Below are positions 16,088 to 24,975 of a DNA stretch of 64,000 bases, piece by piece. The DNA is from a virus. Under the pieces are notes generated by a model that worked only from the letters and a program-made list of their open reading frames with translations, made no database searches and was not told the DNA's origin. The translations under genes were made by a program, and so were the position numbers. The DNA lies in IMG/VR virus record IMGVR_UViG_3300023174_000057, positions 102,765 through 166,764 of that record, one strand, 5' to 3'. Positions within the stretch are counted from its first letter, which is position 1. The number at the start of each line of letters is the position of its first letter.

Positions 16088-16615
16088 ATGCCCACAAGGT
16101 TCCCAACTGGTGTCACGGTGTCCGAGGCGTGGTGGGGCACCCTCCCCGACTCATCTCGAAAGAACTGGCGGAGGGTGTTTCGGGCGTATGCTCGGTACGG
16201 GGTCAAGGTCATTGCGGACCCCTCCCACCGTGTTAATTTTCAGGGTTACGTCTACTCAGAGGGTGAGGCATCGCTCTTCACCGACGTGAAGGGCAACGAC
16301 CCCGCTCTCGCCCTCCACGATTTAGCACACTGGCGGGTGGCCCCCGTTGAGCGTAGGAACCTCCCCAACTGGGGTCTGGGGGATTTCCCCAACTACGACG
16401 ACAAAGCCCCCCGCACGGTGGACTATGAAGTCGCCTTAGAGGAGGAGTCTCTCGCATCCACATTGGGTGGTTTCATGGCGGGGGAGATCCTCGGTCTGGA
16501 ATACCGACGCTATGTGATGCGCGCCCTTGATGGGGGTGACACGGAGAGCATCCACATCTTGACTCAGCGGGGTCTGCTTGTGAAGCGGCCACGGAGTTAC
16601 CGGGTGGTGTGGTAG
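16088..16615 (+). CDS. Hypothetical protein with EpmC (EF-P hydroxylase)-like motif
   Basis: ALHDLAHWRVAPVERRNLPNWGLG...EEESLAS. Confidence 0.45.
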   Translation: MPTRFPTGVTVSEAWWGTLPDSSRKNWRRVFRAYARYGVKVIADPSHRVNFQGYVYSEGEASLFTDVKGNDPALALHDLAHWRVAPVERRNLPNWGLGDFPNYDDKAPRTVDYEVALEEESLASTLGGFMAGEILGLEYRRYVMRALDGGDTESIHILTQRGLLVKRPRSYRVVW

Positions 16616-16727
16616 AGGGTCACGTCGGGTTGTGGGTCCCTCCGGGTGCGGGCTGTAGGTGAAGACCGACCCGGAGGGTGTGCGGGCACTTCTCGCGGCG
16701 CACCTCGCCGGGGCGTAACGTGCCCCG

Positions 16728-17078
16728 GTGAACCTCCTTCACGTCGCCGCGCGCATCGCCACGGACCTTCGCGGGAAGCAGCGTCAGGGCTACTACCTCG
16801 CCGCCGTGGGCGTGCGTCGGGACGGTGCCCTCGTGCGCGCTACCAACAAAGCGAGGTTCGCGAACGGGTACCTCCCGGTGCCGTCTACTCACGCGGAGGC
16901 GCGACTGTGCCGCAAGCTCGACGCGAGTGCGGAGGTCTACGTTGCAAGGGTGGTGGGGGACGGATCTTGGGCGATGTCTCGCCCGTGTGAGCGATGCCGT
17001 CTGGCGCTGGGGGCTCGCCGGGTGCGGCGGGTCTACTACACCATCGGCCCCGGCGAGTACGGGGTGATGGACCTTTAG
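16728..17078 (+). CDS. Cytidine/deoxycytidylate deaminase-fold protein
   Basis: HAE and PCxxC Zn-binding motifs (STHAEARL; SRPCERC). Confidence 0.8.
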   Translation: MNLLHVAARIATDLRGKQRQGYYLAAVGVRRDGALVRATNKARFANGYLPVPSTHAEARLCRKLDASAEVYVARVVGDGSWAMSRPCERCRLALGARRVRRVYYTIGPGEYGVMDL

Positions 17079-17416
17079 ATTCGGTCACCGTTCCCGTTGA
17101 CGTGGAACGTCTCGGTGATCGTGACGGTGAATCCGTTAGTTCGGCGGTGGATGCGGACGGCCTTACCGGGGCACCGGGCTTTCCACGTCTCGGACATCTT
17201 GTCGATGTCGCTCTGTATGTAGTGCGAAGGCAGCAGGGACAGGTCGGGACGGAGGGCGTCCGCGGGGACGGTGGTGATCTTCATGCGGGGTGTTACGCCC
17301 GCACTGTGGGGGAGAACCTCTAGCGGGGCGTAGCGATGCCGTCTGGCGCTGGTGGCTCGTCGGGTGCGGCGCGTCTACTACACCATCGGCCCCGGCGAGT
17401 ACGGGGTGATGGACCT
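16990..17416 (+). repeat. 85-bp direct repeat (16990-17074 and 17332-17416): duplicated 3' end of the deaminase gene
   Basis: 3 mismatches in 85 bp; flanks the 17075-17284 gene. Confidence 0.9.
17075..17284 (-). CDS. Small hypothetical protein
   Basis: 69 aa; preceded by GGGCGTAA motif 8 nt upstream. Confidence 0.5.
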   Translation of the reverse strand: MKITTVPADALRPDLSLLPSHYIQSDIDKMSETWKARCPGKAVRIHRRTNGFTVTITETFHVNGNGDRI

Positions 17417-17421
17417 GTGAC

Positions 17422-17766
17422 TCAGAGCGAGGAGTCCTCGTCGGGGTCGTAGGGGCGCATCGGGAACGTCACCACGGCATCGGTGCCCCGGACAGAGAAC
17501 ATGGGGAGTCCGTCGATCTGGTAGTTCTCCATGTCGAGCGCCTCCGTCAGTCGCCTCTCAAAGGAGTACCGCTTGGCTTCCATGACGGTTCGCTCCAGAT
17601 CCCTCGCGGTTCCCGTCCAGTTCGGGAAGGTGAAGGTGAGGGCCGTGGGCGTGTAGGTCACTTCTGGGGTCCCCTTCAACCCGTGGTCGGCCATGAACTT
17701 TTTGGCTACCACAGAGACAGTCGCCGGGACGCTCAGGGCTCGTTTGATCAGTGTTGCGATGGTCAT
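17422..17766 (-). CDS. Hypothetical protein
   Basis: Start at TGATG overlap (MTIATLIKRA...). Confidence 0.6.
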   Translation of the reverse strand: MTIATLIKRALSVPATVSVVAKKFMADHGLKGTPEVTYTPTALTFTFPNWTGTARDLERTVMEAKRYSFERRLTEALDMENYQIDGLPMFSVRGTDAVVTFPMRPYDPDEDSSL

Positions 17767-18080
17767 CACGTCCTCCCGACGATGGCCTTCTTCATGGCGT
17801 CGTTCCACTCGCCCCAGATGGCGTCTCGGGAATCCGAGTCGGTGGTCCCGTAGTCGGAGTTCTTGGCAATCAGCCGCCCGATGGCCTGATAGGCGCTCGC
17901 CACGTTCACAGCGGTCATCGCGATCTCGGCTTGGATCTGCTCCGTGACCTCCTCGTGACCTTCGTAGAGGCTGTAGGGGTTGTCGTCCATCGCCGTCTTG
18001 GTGACCAGCGGGAGGAGTTGGGCGCGGAGTTCCGGGCGTTGGTGGGCCAGACGGATGATTTTGGAACGGAGGTCGCTCAT
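17766..18080 (-). CDS. Hypothetical protein with conserved LRSKIIRLAH leader
   Basis: MSDLRSKIIRLAHQRPELRAQLLPLVTKTA... Confidence 0.75.
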   Translation of the reverse strand: MSDLRSKIIRLAHQRPELRAQLLPLVTKTAMDDNPYSLYEGHEEVTEQIQAEIAMTAVNVASAYQAIGRLIAKNSDYGTTDSDSRDAIWGEWNDAMKKAIVGRT

Positions 18081-18145
18081 GTCCTGTGCCGTGGATAGGG
18101 AAGCTACCGTGACGGTGGCTTCTCTATCCACGGCACAGGGCATGA
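18077..18145. repeat. 34-bp-arm inverted repeat forming a divergent promoter pair
   Basis: Arms 18077-18110 and 18112-18145, 3 mismatches; each arm ends in a start codon. Confidence 0.85.
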
Positions 18146-19269
18146 CCCCTTGTGCTGTCCGTGTCGCCACCCGGTACCTCTCGGCCAAAGTGTGGGGCGA
18201 CCCCTCGGGGATGATCTCCGACTACCGGGGGGCGCTCACAGCCTTCCAGACGGGCCTCACCCGGGTCACCGAGTCCGCCACACAAACTTTCAGCCGCTAC
18301 ACTCCCTCGACCCCACGAGAGCAGGAGATGGTACAGAAGGCGGTGGCGAAGGCGACCCGTGGCGCTCTCTCTCACACGATGGTCCCGCTTATCCAGACGG
18401 CACGTCAGTTGTCCGAGTGGGTGCTCCAGACCCGTGTGATCCCCGCTGGCAAGGCCAAGGCGGTCGAGATGGCGGCACGCTCCGTTCAGAGCATGGCGCG
18501 GCTCCCGCAGGACATCCCCGATTGGTACGAGAAGAACGCTGCCCGTCTCAATCTCCTGCTGGAGGCGGCGTCGTGGCCAGAGAAGTCGGGGGAGGGGGAT
18601 GCCGCGTCACAGGTGGTGACCGTGGGGCCGTTCAAGGTCCACAACACCATCGGCGCGGACGCGAAGCAGTTCAAGGAGATCCAAGGGCTCGTCGAGAACG
18701 CGACTCGCGCTTTGTCCACCACGTTGGACTTCAAGAAAGTTCTCTACGGAGACGTGTACGTCGTCGGGCAACTGCGGCAGTCCCACACCCTCGCTTGGTA
18801 CAAGATTCAGTCGGACGACGTGTACGTTCGGTCCCTCGCCAAGAAGGGCGGGGACGATCTTCACTCTCTCGTCCACGAGCTCGGGCACCGCTACTGGTTC
18901 AAGTCCGCCACGAGCGACCAGAAGCGGAACATCAACATGCTCTTCATGGACCTCGGGACGGCACCCGCGCCGTCCGTGACACGTCCCACGGTCGGTGACG
19001 AGCTCCCTGTGTCCGTGAAGGGTGCCAAAGGCACCAAGTTCATCATCGTGAAGGACGACGGGATGTACTTCACGACGGAGCCCAAGGGCACCTTCCCTGT
19101 CCGTGAGGTCATGCGGCTCATCACCGAGAGGGCCAAGGGCACGGAGACTTTTCCCTCGCAGTACTCGATGACGGACAGTTCAGAGTTCTTTGCGGAGTGC
19201 TTCGCGTTCTACACCCTCGGGCGTCTCAAGCCCGACCTCGCCAAGAGGTTTGAGGAGGCTCTGTCGTGA
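18142..19269 (+). CDS. Zincin-like metallopeptidase with N-terminal RVATRYL tag
   Basis: VHELGHRYW (HExxH) and SQYSMTDSSEFFAECF third-ligand region. Confidence 0.7.
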   Translation: MTPCAVRVATRYLSAKVWGDPSGMISDYRGALTAFQTGLTRVTESATQTFSRYTPSTPREQEMVQKAVAKATRGALSHTMVPLIQTARQLSEWVLQTRVIPAGKAKAVEMAARSVQSMARLPQDIPDWYEKNAARLNLLLEAASWPEKSGEGDAASQVVTVGPFKVHNTIGADAKQFKEIQGLVENATRALSTTLDFKKVLYGDVYVVGQLRQSHTLAWYKIQSDDVYVRSLAKKGGDDLHSLVHELGHRYWFKSATSDQKRNINMLFMDLGTAPAPSVTRPTVGDELPVSVKGAKGTKFIIVKDDGMYFTTEPKGTFPVREVMRLITERAKGTETFPSQYSMTDSSEFFAECFAFYTLGRLKPDLAKRFEEALS

Positions 19270-20087
19270 GCCCGTCGATCAGCAGGGTCGCCACCCGGCA
19301 CCTCATCCGCGTCGCGGCTCGGGACGCTTGCCGCGCCACGTTCCGCACCCGCACGGCGTCGGTGGACCTCACGGAGCGGGTGCTGGTGGCGGTTGCGGAG
19401 GGGGCGTACCTGTCTCACGGCGGGAACGTCCGTGTGGCGAGTCTCCTCTCCAAGCTCGCAGAGCTCGCCACGGCCCTCAAGCGGTTCCCCAACCTCTGGG
19501 AGAAATTGAAAGATCTCCTCGGGATCGAGAGCCTGTCGGACCTCCCGGGCCGGATCAAGGCGCTCCTCCAAGACGCCTACGGGGCGCTCCGCAAGCTCCT
19601 CACCAAGGCGTTTGAGACGTGGCCCCTCAAGCTGTTCACCCTGCCCGAGAGCAAGCTGTTCTCGATCAACAAGCTGCTGGAGGCCCTCATGAAGAGGTAC
19701 CCGCAGTTCGGCAAGTGGCTGGAGGCCAACGTCAAGCCCCGGGTCGATCAGTTCGACAAGTGGCTCAAGCAGCACCTCCCCACGGTCAGCAAGGTGCTGA
19801 TGGTGGGCATCTACGTCTGGCTGTGGATGAACACCACGGAGTTTGAGTGGGACATCAACGGCATCCTCGACGCGGCCACGGGGAACCTGTCCCTCGCGGA
19901 CCTCTTGGCGGGGTTGCCCGGGACCGTCCTCGGCGCGCTCTTGGGTACGCTCAACCTCGGGACGTTCACACTTCTCCCTGCCGCCCTCGCGGCGCGGGTG
20001 CTCTTCCTCCTCGGCAAGCGGTACCTCGTGTGGACGGGTTCGGGCTTCCAGTTCGACGAGGAAGCCCTCAGCGCCGACTTCGGCTAG
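19266..20087 (+). CDS. Hypothetical helical/membrane-associated protein with RVATRHL tag
   Basis: GTGA overlap; hydrophobic C-terminal helices. Confidence 0.65.
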   Translation: MSPSISRVATRHLIRVAARDACRATFRTRTASVDLTERVLVAVAEGAYLSHGGNVRVASLLSKLAELATALKRFPNLWEKLKDLLGIESLSDLPGRIKALLQDAYGALRKLLTKAFETWPLKLFTLPESKLFSINKLLEALMKRYPQFGKWLEANVKPRVDQFDKWLKQHLPTVSKVLMVGIYVWLWMNTTEFEWDINGILDAATGNLSLADLLAGLPGTVLGALLGTLNLGTFTLLPAALAARVLFLLGKRYLVWTGSGFQFDEEALSADFG

Positions 20088-20119
20088 TGCGGTATCACCC
20101 CTATCTTTCTCGGGGGGGT

Positions 20120-20626
20120 ATGGCTGACCGCGCCTTGCTCGTTGGGGTCAACACCCCGGTGCCCCGCTCAACGGGTGCGTCTGATGGTCGCCCTGTCCTG
20201 TACTTCGGCTACGGGTCGAACTTGAACGTGCCCATGATGATGGGGCGCGTGCCGCACGCCAAGCTCCTCGTCCCTGCGTTTCTCCCCTACCATCGCGTCG
20301 GGTTCGCGGGGCACAGTCGTCATTGGGGCGGCGGAACGGCGACACTCATCCCAGCGATGAGTGTCGTGCCCGGTGTCCTGTACCTGATGACCCGTGACGA
20401 CCTTCACGAGCTCGACAGGTCTGAGAACACCCCCACGGGCAACCACCGCCACAACGAGTACGTCTACGGCTGGGACGGCACCCGTTACGAGGCGTTCATG
20501 TACCGACAGGGGTCGGGCACCCCGGTCAACCCCCCCGACCCTCGCTATCTCTCGACCGTCATCGAGGGGCGTAGGATGCACGGATTTCGTTACGAAGACA
20601 TCCTACGAGAGGCACGACGCACATGA
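20120..20626 (+). CDS. Gamma-glutamylcyclotransferase (AIG2/GGCT-like)
   Basis: [30 protein letters not shown] motifs. Confidence 0.8.
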   Translation: MADRALLVGVNTPVPRSTGASDGRPVLYFGYGSNLNVPMMMGRVPHAKLLVPAFLPYHRVGFAGHSRHWGGGTATLIPAMSVVPGVLYLMTRDDLHELDRSENTPTGNHRHNEYVYGWDGTRYEAFMYRQGSGTPVNPPDPRYLSTVIEGRRMHGFRYEDILREARRT

Positions 20627-21228
20627 CCCCCGGCACCCACAAGCTCCCGCCCCTGCCCTACGCCTACGATGCCCTTGAGCCGTGGATGGGCGCGGAGACG
20701 GCGCGGCTGCACCACGGCAAACACCACCAATCTTACGTTGACGGGCTGAACGAAGCTGAAGTCGAGCTCGCCAAGGCGCGGGCGTCGGGCGACATCAAGC
20801 TCGTCCCGTACTGGCAGACCCGGCGAGCGTTCAATGAGGGCGGGCACGTTCTGCACTCGATCTTCTGGCATTGTATGTCGCCCGACGGCGGCGGGCTTCC
20901 CACGGGCAACCTAGCCACCCTGATTGACCGGGACTTCGGCGGGTACAAGGCGTTCCGCCGTGAGTTCGTCGCCACGGCCAAGGGCGTCGAGGGGTCGGGC
21001 TGGGCGGTTCTCGTACTCAAGCGCGGGATGCGCGGTGGACGCCTAGAGGTGGCACCCGTTCACAATCACGAGAACCGTGCCCTGTGGCAGTCACAGGTGC
21101 TGCTCCCGATGGACGTGTGGGAGCACGCCTACTACCTCGACCACCAGAACGACCGGGAGGGCTGGGCCAACACCTTCCTCGATCACTTGGTCGATTGGTC
21201 CTACATCGAATCAAGGGTAAAAGCATGA
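20623..21228 (+). CDS. sod: Fe/Mn superoxide dismutase
   Basis: LPPLPYAYDALEP, HHGKHHQSYV, GGHVLHSIFW, GSGWA, DVWEHAYY. Confidence 0.93.
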   Translation: MTPGTHKLPPLPYAYDALEPWMGAETARLHHGKHHQSYVDGLNEAEVELAKARASGDIKLVPYWQTRRAFNEGGHVLHSIFWHCMSPDGGGLPTGNLATLIDRDFGGYKAFRREFVATAKGVEGSGWAVLVLKRGMRGGRLEVAPVHNHENRALWQSQVLLPMDVWEHAYYLDHQNDREGWANTFLDHLVDWSYIESRVKA

Positions 21229-21935
21229 GCACTCTTCGTTCTAAGGTCATTCGTCTGGCGCACCAGAACCCCGCCCTCCGTCCGCACCTTCTGCCCCTCC
21301 TTCGAGAGAAGCGCGCAGCGGGGCAATGGAGGGAGGTGTCCCCTCGGGGATTGTCTCAAGAGACCCTAGATAGGGTCTGGGACATGTACAAAAACAGCTA
21401 CGCCAAGATCGGTCTCAAGGTCTCGTCCATCGGTGAGATGGTGTCCGAGTATGATGCTTGGCGTCTGGCTTACGATGGAGAGGTGCCCGTAGCCTTTAGC
21501 GTGGGGACCAAGACCTCGTTCGGCGTCAAGAGCGGTCTCTCTGGATCGGATGGGACGCCAGCGGGAAAGGACTCGATCAAGAGCCTCCTTTCTACCATCT
21601 ACAAGCAGCCGGGTTTCTATTCGGAGGTGTCGCACGCCGTCGAGCACATCGCGGCTAAAGCGGGAGCCCCGGCAGTTTGCGCGGTCTACGTTCCCAACAT
21701 CATTAAGAAGCAGATCGAGCCCGCTGACGACGGCATTCACTACTCCAGAATTTTGGGGGGTGTGGGCAAGGTCACCAAAATTCTCGTCGGTCGTCCGAGA
21801 GGTATTCCTACGACGGACTACGACCATCCCGTTTGCCCCATCGGGGACCCATCTCTTCGCACCTCTGGAGAGGTAGAGCCCGACGATTCTGCGGACTACG
21901 CCGCCCACATCGCGTGCCTTCTCTTTCAAGGCTGA
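21225..21935 (+). CDS. Hypothetical protein with conserved LRSKVIRLAH leader
   Basis: ATGA overlap; MSTLRSKVIRLAHQNPALRPHLLPLLREKRA... Confidence 0.75.
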   Translation: MSTLRSKVIRLAHQNPALRPHLLPLLREKRAAGQWREVSPRGLSQETLDRVWDMYKNSYAKIGLKVSSIGEMVSEYDAWRLAYDGEVPVAFSVGTKTSFGVKSGLSGSDGTPAGKDSIKSLLSTIYKQPGFYSEVSHAVEHIAAKAGAPAVCAVYVPNIIKKQIEPADDGIHYSRILGGVGKVTKILVGRPRGIPTTDYDHPVCPIGDPSLRTSGEVEPDDSADYAAHIACLLFQG

Positions 21936-21941
21936 ACGCGA

Positions 21942-22310
21942 ATGCCCCCTCGAAAGAAGAAGCCGTCCACCGCCGCGAGAGGCGACTGCTACGAAGCGGC
22001 TGGGAAGTATATGTTCGAGAACTGTCTGATGGACCCCCAGTGCGGGCTGCGGGTCGTTCACGGAGAGGTCGCTGGGCAGGGGCCGCTAGAAGGCGTCACC
22101 TTCGGGCACGCTTGGGTTCTGGACGGCGACACGGTGATTGACCGCTCGAACGGTCGGAGCTTGCGGATGCCCAAGGTCGTGTACTACGCGCTGGGTTCCA
22201 TCGAGCGCATCGGGAACCTGCACACCTACACCTGGGACGAGGCCAAGAAGAAGATGCTTCAGTTTGGGCACTACGGCCCGTGGGACCTCAAGACCCGGAG
22301 CGGGCTATGA
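21942..22310 (+). CDS. Hypothetical protein, possible transglutaminase/papain-like fold
   Basis: GDCYEAA...HG...HAWV...VID. Confidence 0.5.
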   Translation: MPPRKKKPSTAARGDCYEAAGKYMFENCLMDPQCGLRVVHGEVAGQGPLEGVTFGHAWVLDGDTVIDRSNGRSLRMPKVVYYALGSIERIGNLHTYTWDEAKKKMLQFGHYGPWDLKTRSGL

Positions 22311-22435
22311 AGGAACTGTTCACCCTCCCTTCGGTGAAGCGCGAGCCCGTACCGGCGACGGTGCTGGACGTGCTCCGCGACGGCGGCGGGGAGCCTTCCG
22401 CCCGGAGGGTTGCCTCCCGATTTCTGGGGCGGTGA
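22307..22435 (+). CDS. 42-aa microprotein ending in SARRVASRFL tag (not in ORF track)
   Basis: ATGA overlap, GGAG upstream; MKELFTLPSVKREPVPATVLDVLRDGGGEPSARRVASRFLGR*. Confidence 0.55.
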   Translation: MKELFTLPSVKREPVPATVLDVLRDGGGEPSARRVASRFLGR

Positions 22436-22469
22436 CCCCCTCCGGGCGTAATAGCCCCCGGAGGCCACA

Positions 22470-24938
22470 ATGGCAACGAAGTCAAAGACCCAGACCAACA
22501 TCACCAAGTTCGCTCTCCGTAACTTCAAGGGCACCCCCACCCGCTACTTCCGCTGCGAGGCGGAAGACATCACCGCGAAGGCGACCGTCGAGGTTCGCAA
22601 GCCTTCGCACCACATCCTCGTGATCGACCGTTCGGGCTCGATGTACGGGGACATCGGGGACGTGAAGGGCACCGTCGAGAAGCTCCTCACCCTCTCCGAG
22701 TTCCGCGATCCGACGCTGAAGGTGTCCCTCATCTCCTACTCGTCGCAGGGCGACGTGAAGCTGCACTTCAGCAAGGTGACGGTGGAGGACGTGATGCGGG
22801 CGGGCTCCCCGTACCTCGGTGAGATCCGCAGCATTCACGCCACGGCCCTCACCTGCATCTCGCAGGGCCTCGCGATGGCAGAGACCATCGTGGACGATGC
22901 CGATACGACGTGCGTGACGCTTCACACGGACGGTTTCGCCAACGACCGGAGCCCCACGGCGGAGGCCCGCGACATCAAGGCAGCGGTCGCGAAGCTCAAG
23001 ACGCACCCCAACCTGTTCGCGAACGCCATCGGGTACCGGGACTACTGCGACTACAACCTGCTGGCGAGCATCAGCAACTCCCTCTCGGGCGTGTGCGTGC
23101 AAGCCAAGGGCATCAAGGCCGTGTACGAAGCGGTCTACAACACCACGAAGCTCCTCGCGGGCACCCTGTCCCCCGCCATCGAGGTGTCTCGTGGCAAGGC
23201 CGACTACGCCATGTTCGTGTCCCGCAGCGCCCGCAAGGTGCTGGGGATGACTGACACCTTCACGGTGCAGGGGCTCTCGCCCACGGACGACAAGACGGCG
23301 TACCGCCTGTTTGAGATCACGGCCAAGGACTACGCCGACCTCGACGCTCCCGTGAGCGGCGAGAACGCCCCGGTGGAGCCTGTCCTCGCCTTCGCCCGGA
23401 CGCAGATCTCGGCGGGCAACCTCAACGCGGCCAAGTACGCCCTCGTGTCCACCCGGTGCGGCGAGCTCCTCGGGAAGCACTCACGCGCCCTCGTGGCGAG
23501 TGACATCGCGGCGATGGCTGACGGCACGGAGGGGTACCTGTTCGACCGCGTCCCGTTCACCCCGTCGAACGGCTACGGGCTCGGTGCCACGGGGCCTTCG
23601 GTGCTCACGGTGCTCACCTACCTCAACGGGCACACGGACACCCTCTCGGTGGACCTCCCGACCTTCTCGTCGGGCTACAAGCGGCGCGGGGTCAAGCGCA
23701 TCCCCGGCACGCGCCTCGCGGACGGCACGGTGGAGGAGCCCACGGTGTCCTCCAAGGTGCGCGAGGGCGGGGACGGATGGGTGAAGGTCAACAGCTTCGA
23801 CCTCAACCGCAACACGGCCAGCATCAATATGCTGGTGAGCCAGCCCATCGACCTGTTCCCGAAGGGGTCGTCCCAGCGGGTGGCGAGCGTGGCGGGGGTG
23901 TCCCTCGACGATCTCAAGAGCTTCAACAACTACACGGTGGTGGGCGACGGGATGCTCAACGCCTCGTCTCTGCCCCTCCGCACGTCGGATCAGAAGGTGA
24001 TCGTCGGGCTCGCTTCCCTCGGGCTCCACCTCGCCAATGCCAAGGCGGGCCAGCCCTTCACGCTCGACCTGTCGGGCCTCCCGCTGGTGGACTACGACCT
24101 CAACGTGGGCGGGGTGGACCACACCACGGTGACGCGCCTCGCGCGCCTCACGGTGCTGTCCAAGATCCTCAACGGCATGGTGAAGGGCGACGCGAGCGGT
24201 CTCACCTCGGAGCAGGTGGACGAGCTCAAGAAGCACTACCTCACCCCGTCGATGTACTTTTCGCCGCCCACCACCACGGAGTACGCGGTTCTCGCGGACG
24301 CCATCGCCACGGGCAAGGTGGACACCAAGCTGTCCTACAAGGTGGACCTCGGGACGCCCGACATCACGGGCACGGGCAAGCTCAAGAGCGGCAACGAGTA
24401 CCTCCAGCGGCGCTTCACGCTCACCTTCATGGGCAAGGACGTGGAGAAGCCGACGCTGGACTACATCACCCTCACGGACTCGACGTGGGGCATCAAGAAG
24501 CTGTCGGCGCGGACGACCCTCGACGCTGTGGACGAGCTCTCCTACCCGATCTACGAAGGGATGCTCGGGCTGGGCGACGGCAAGGTGCTGAAGGATCTTC
24601 TGAAGGGCGTGGGGTGCGTGGACCCGGACCGTTTCCTCGCGGACCTCAAGGGAGTGAACGCCTCGGAGGCCGTGCGAGAGGCCATCCGGTTCGTGGAAGC
24701 AGCCATCGAGGCCGTGTATGAGACGGTTCGCCCGCTGGCGTTCTACGTCGGCGCGACGGGGCTGGTGCCCGACTCCCTCGGGGCCAAGGCGATGACCGCT
24801 GAGGAGTTCGCCACGGCGTACCCCAACGCCAAGCTCTCCAAGGCCGAGAAGGAGGAGGGCAGCTTCCACGTCCTGCCTGACAACACGGTGCTGACCGTGT
24901 ACGTCAAGGGCGAGTTGTTCAGCCCCTCGGCCCACTGA
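22470..24938 (+). CDS. von Willebrand factor A domain protein
   Basis: MIDAS motif VIDRSGSM, plus T and HTDG; GGAGG RBS. Confidence 0.8.
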   Translation: MATKSKTQTNITKFALRNFKGTPTRYFRCEAEDITAKATVEVRKPSHHILVIDRSGSMYGDIGDVKGTVEKLLTLSEFRDPTLKVSLISYSSQGDVKLHFSKVTVEDVMRAGSPYLGEIRSIHATALTCISQGLAMAETIVDDADTTCVTLHTDGFANDRSPTAEARDIKAAVAKLKTHPNLFANAIGYRDYCDYNLLASISNSLSGVCVQAKGIKAVYEAVYNTTKLLAGTLSPAIEVSRGKADYAMFVSRSARKVLGMTDTFTVQGLSPTDDKTAYRLFEITAKDYADLDAPVSGENAPVEPVLAFARTQISAGNLNAAKYALVSTRCGELLGKHSRALVASDIAAMADGTEGYLFDRVPFTPSNGYGLGATGPSVLTVLTYLNGHTDTLSVDLPTFSSGYKRRGVKRIPGTRLADGTVEEPTVSSKVREGGDGWVKVNSFDLNRNTASINMLVSQPIDLFPKGSSQRVASVAGVSLDDLKSFNNYTVVGDGMLNASSLPLRTSDQKVIVGLASLGLHLANAKAGQPFTLDLSGLPLVDYDLNVGGVDHTTVTRLARLTVLSKILNGMVKGDASGLTSEQVDELKKHYLTPSMYFSPPTTTEYAVLADAIATGKVDTKLSYKVDLGTPDITGTGKLKSGNEYLQRRFTLTFMGKDVEKPTLDYITLTDSTWGIKKLSARTTLDAVDELSYPIYEGMLGLGDGKVLKDLLKGVGCVDPDRFLADLKGVNASEAVREAIRFVEAAIEAVYETVRPLAFYVGATGLVPDSLGAKAMTAEEFATAYPNAKLSKAEKEEGSFHVLPDNTVLTVYVKGELFSPSAH

Positions 24939-24945
24939 CCCCTCT

Positions 24946-24961
24946 CGGTAGCCCCTTTATC
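24946..24961 (+). promoter_or_regulatory. Representative copy of putative phage late promoter CG(G/T)T-N6-YYTAT(C/A)
   Basis: Also at 5092, 7537, 18113, 18094-18109(-), 20090, 25719, 32515, 32501-32516(-), 37688, 37731. Confidence 0.65.
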
Positions 24962-24975
24962 CCCGCGAAGGGTGT

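Noticed and set aside
16990-17416. Diversity-generating retroelement TR/VR pair
   Set aside because: Mismatches are not at adenines and no reverse transcriptase is present
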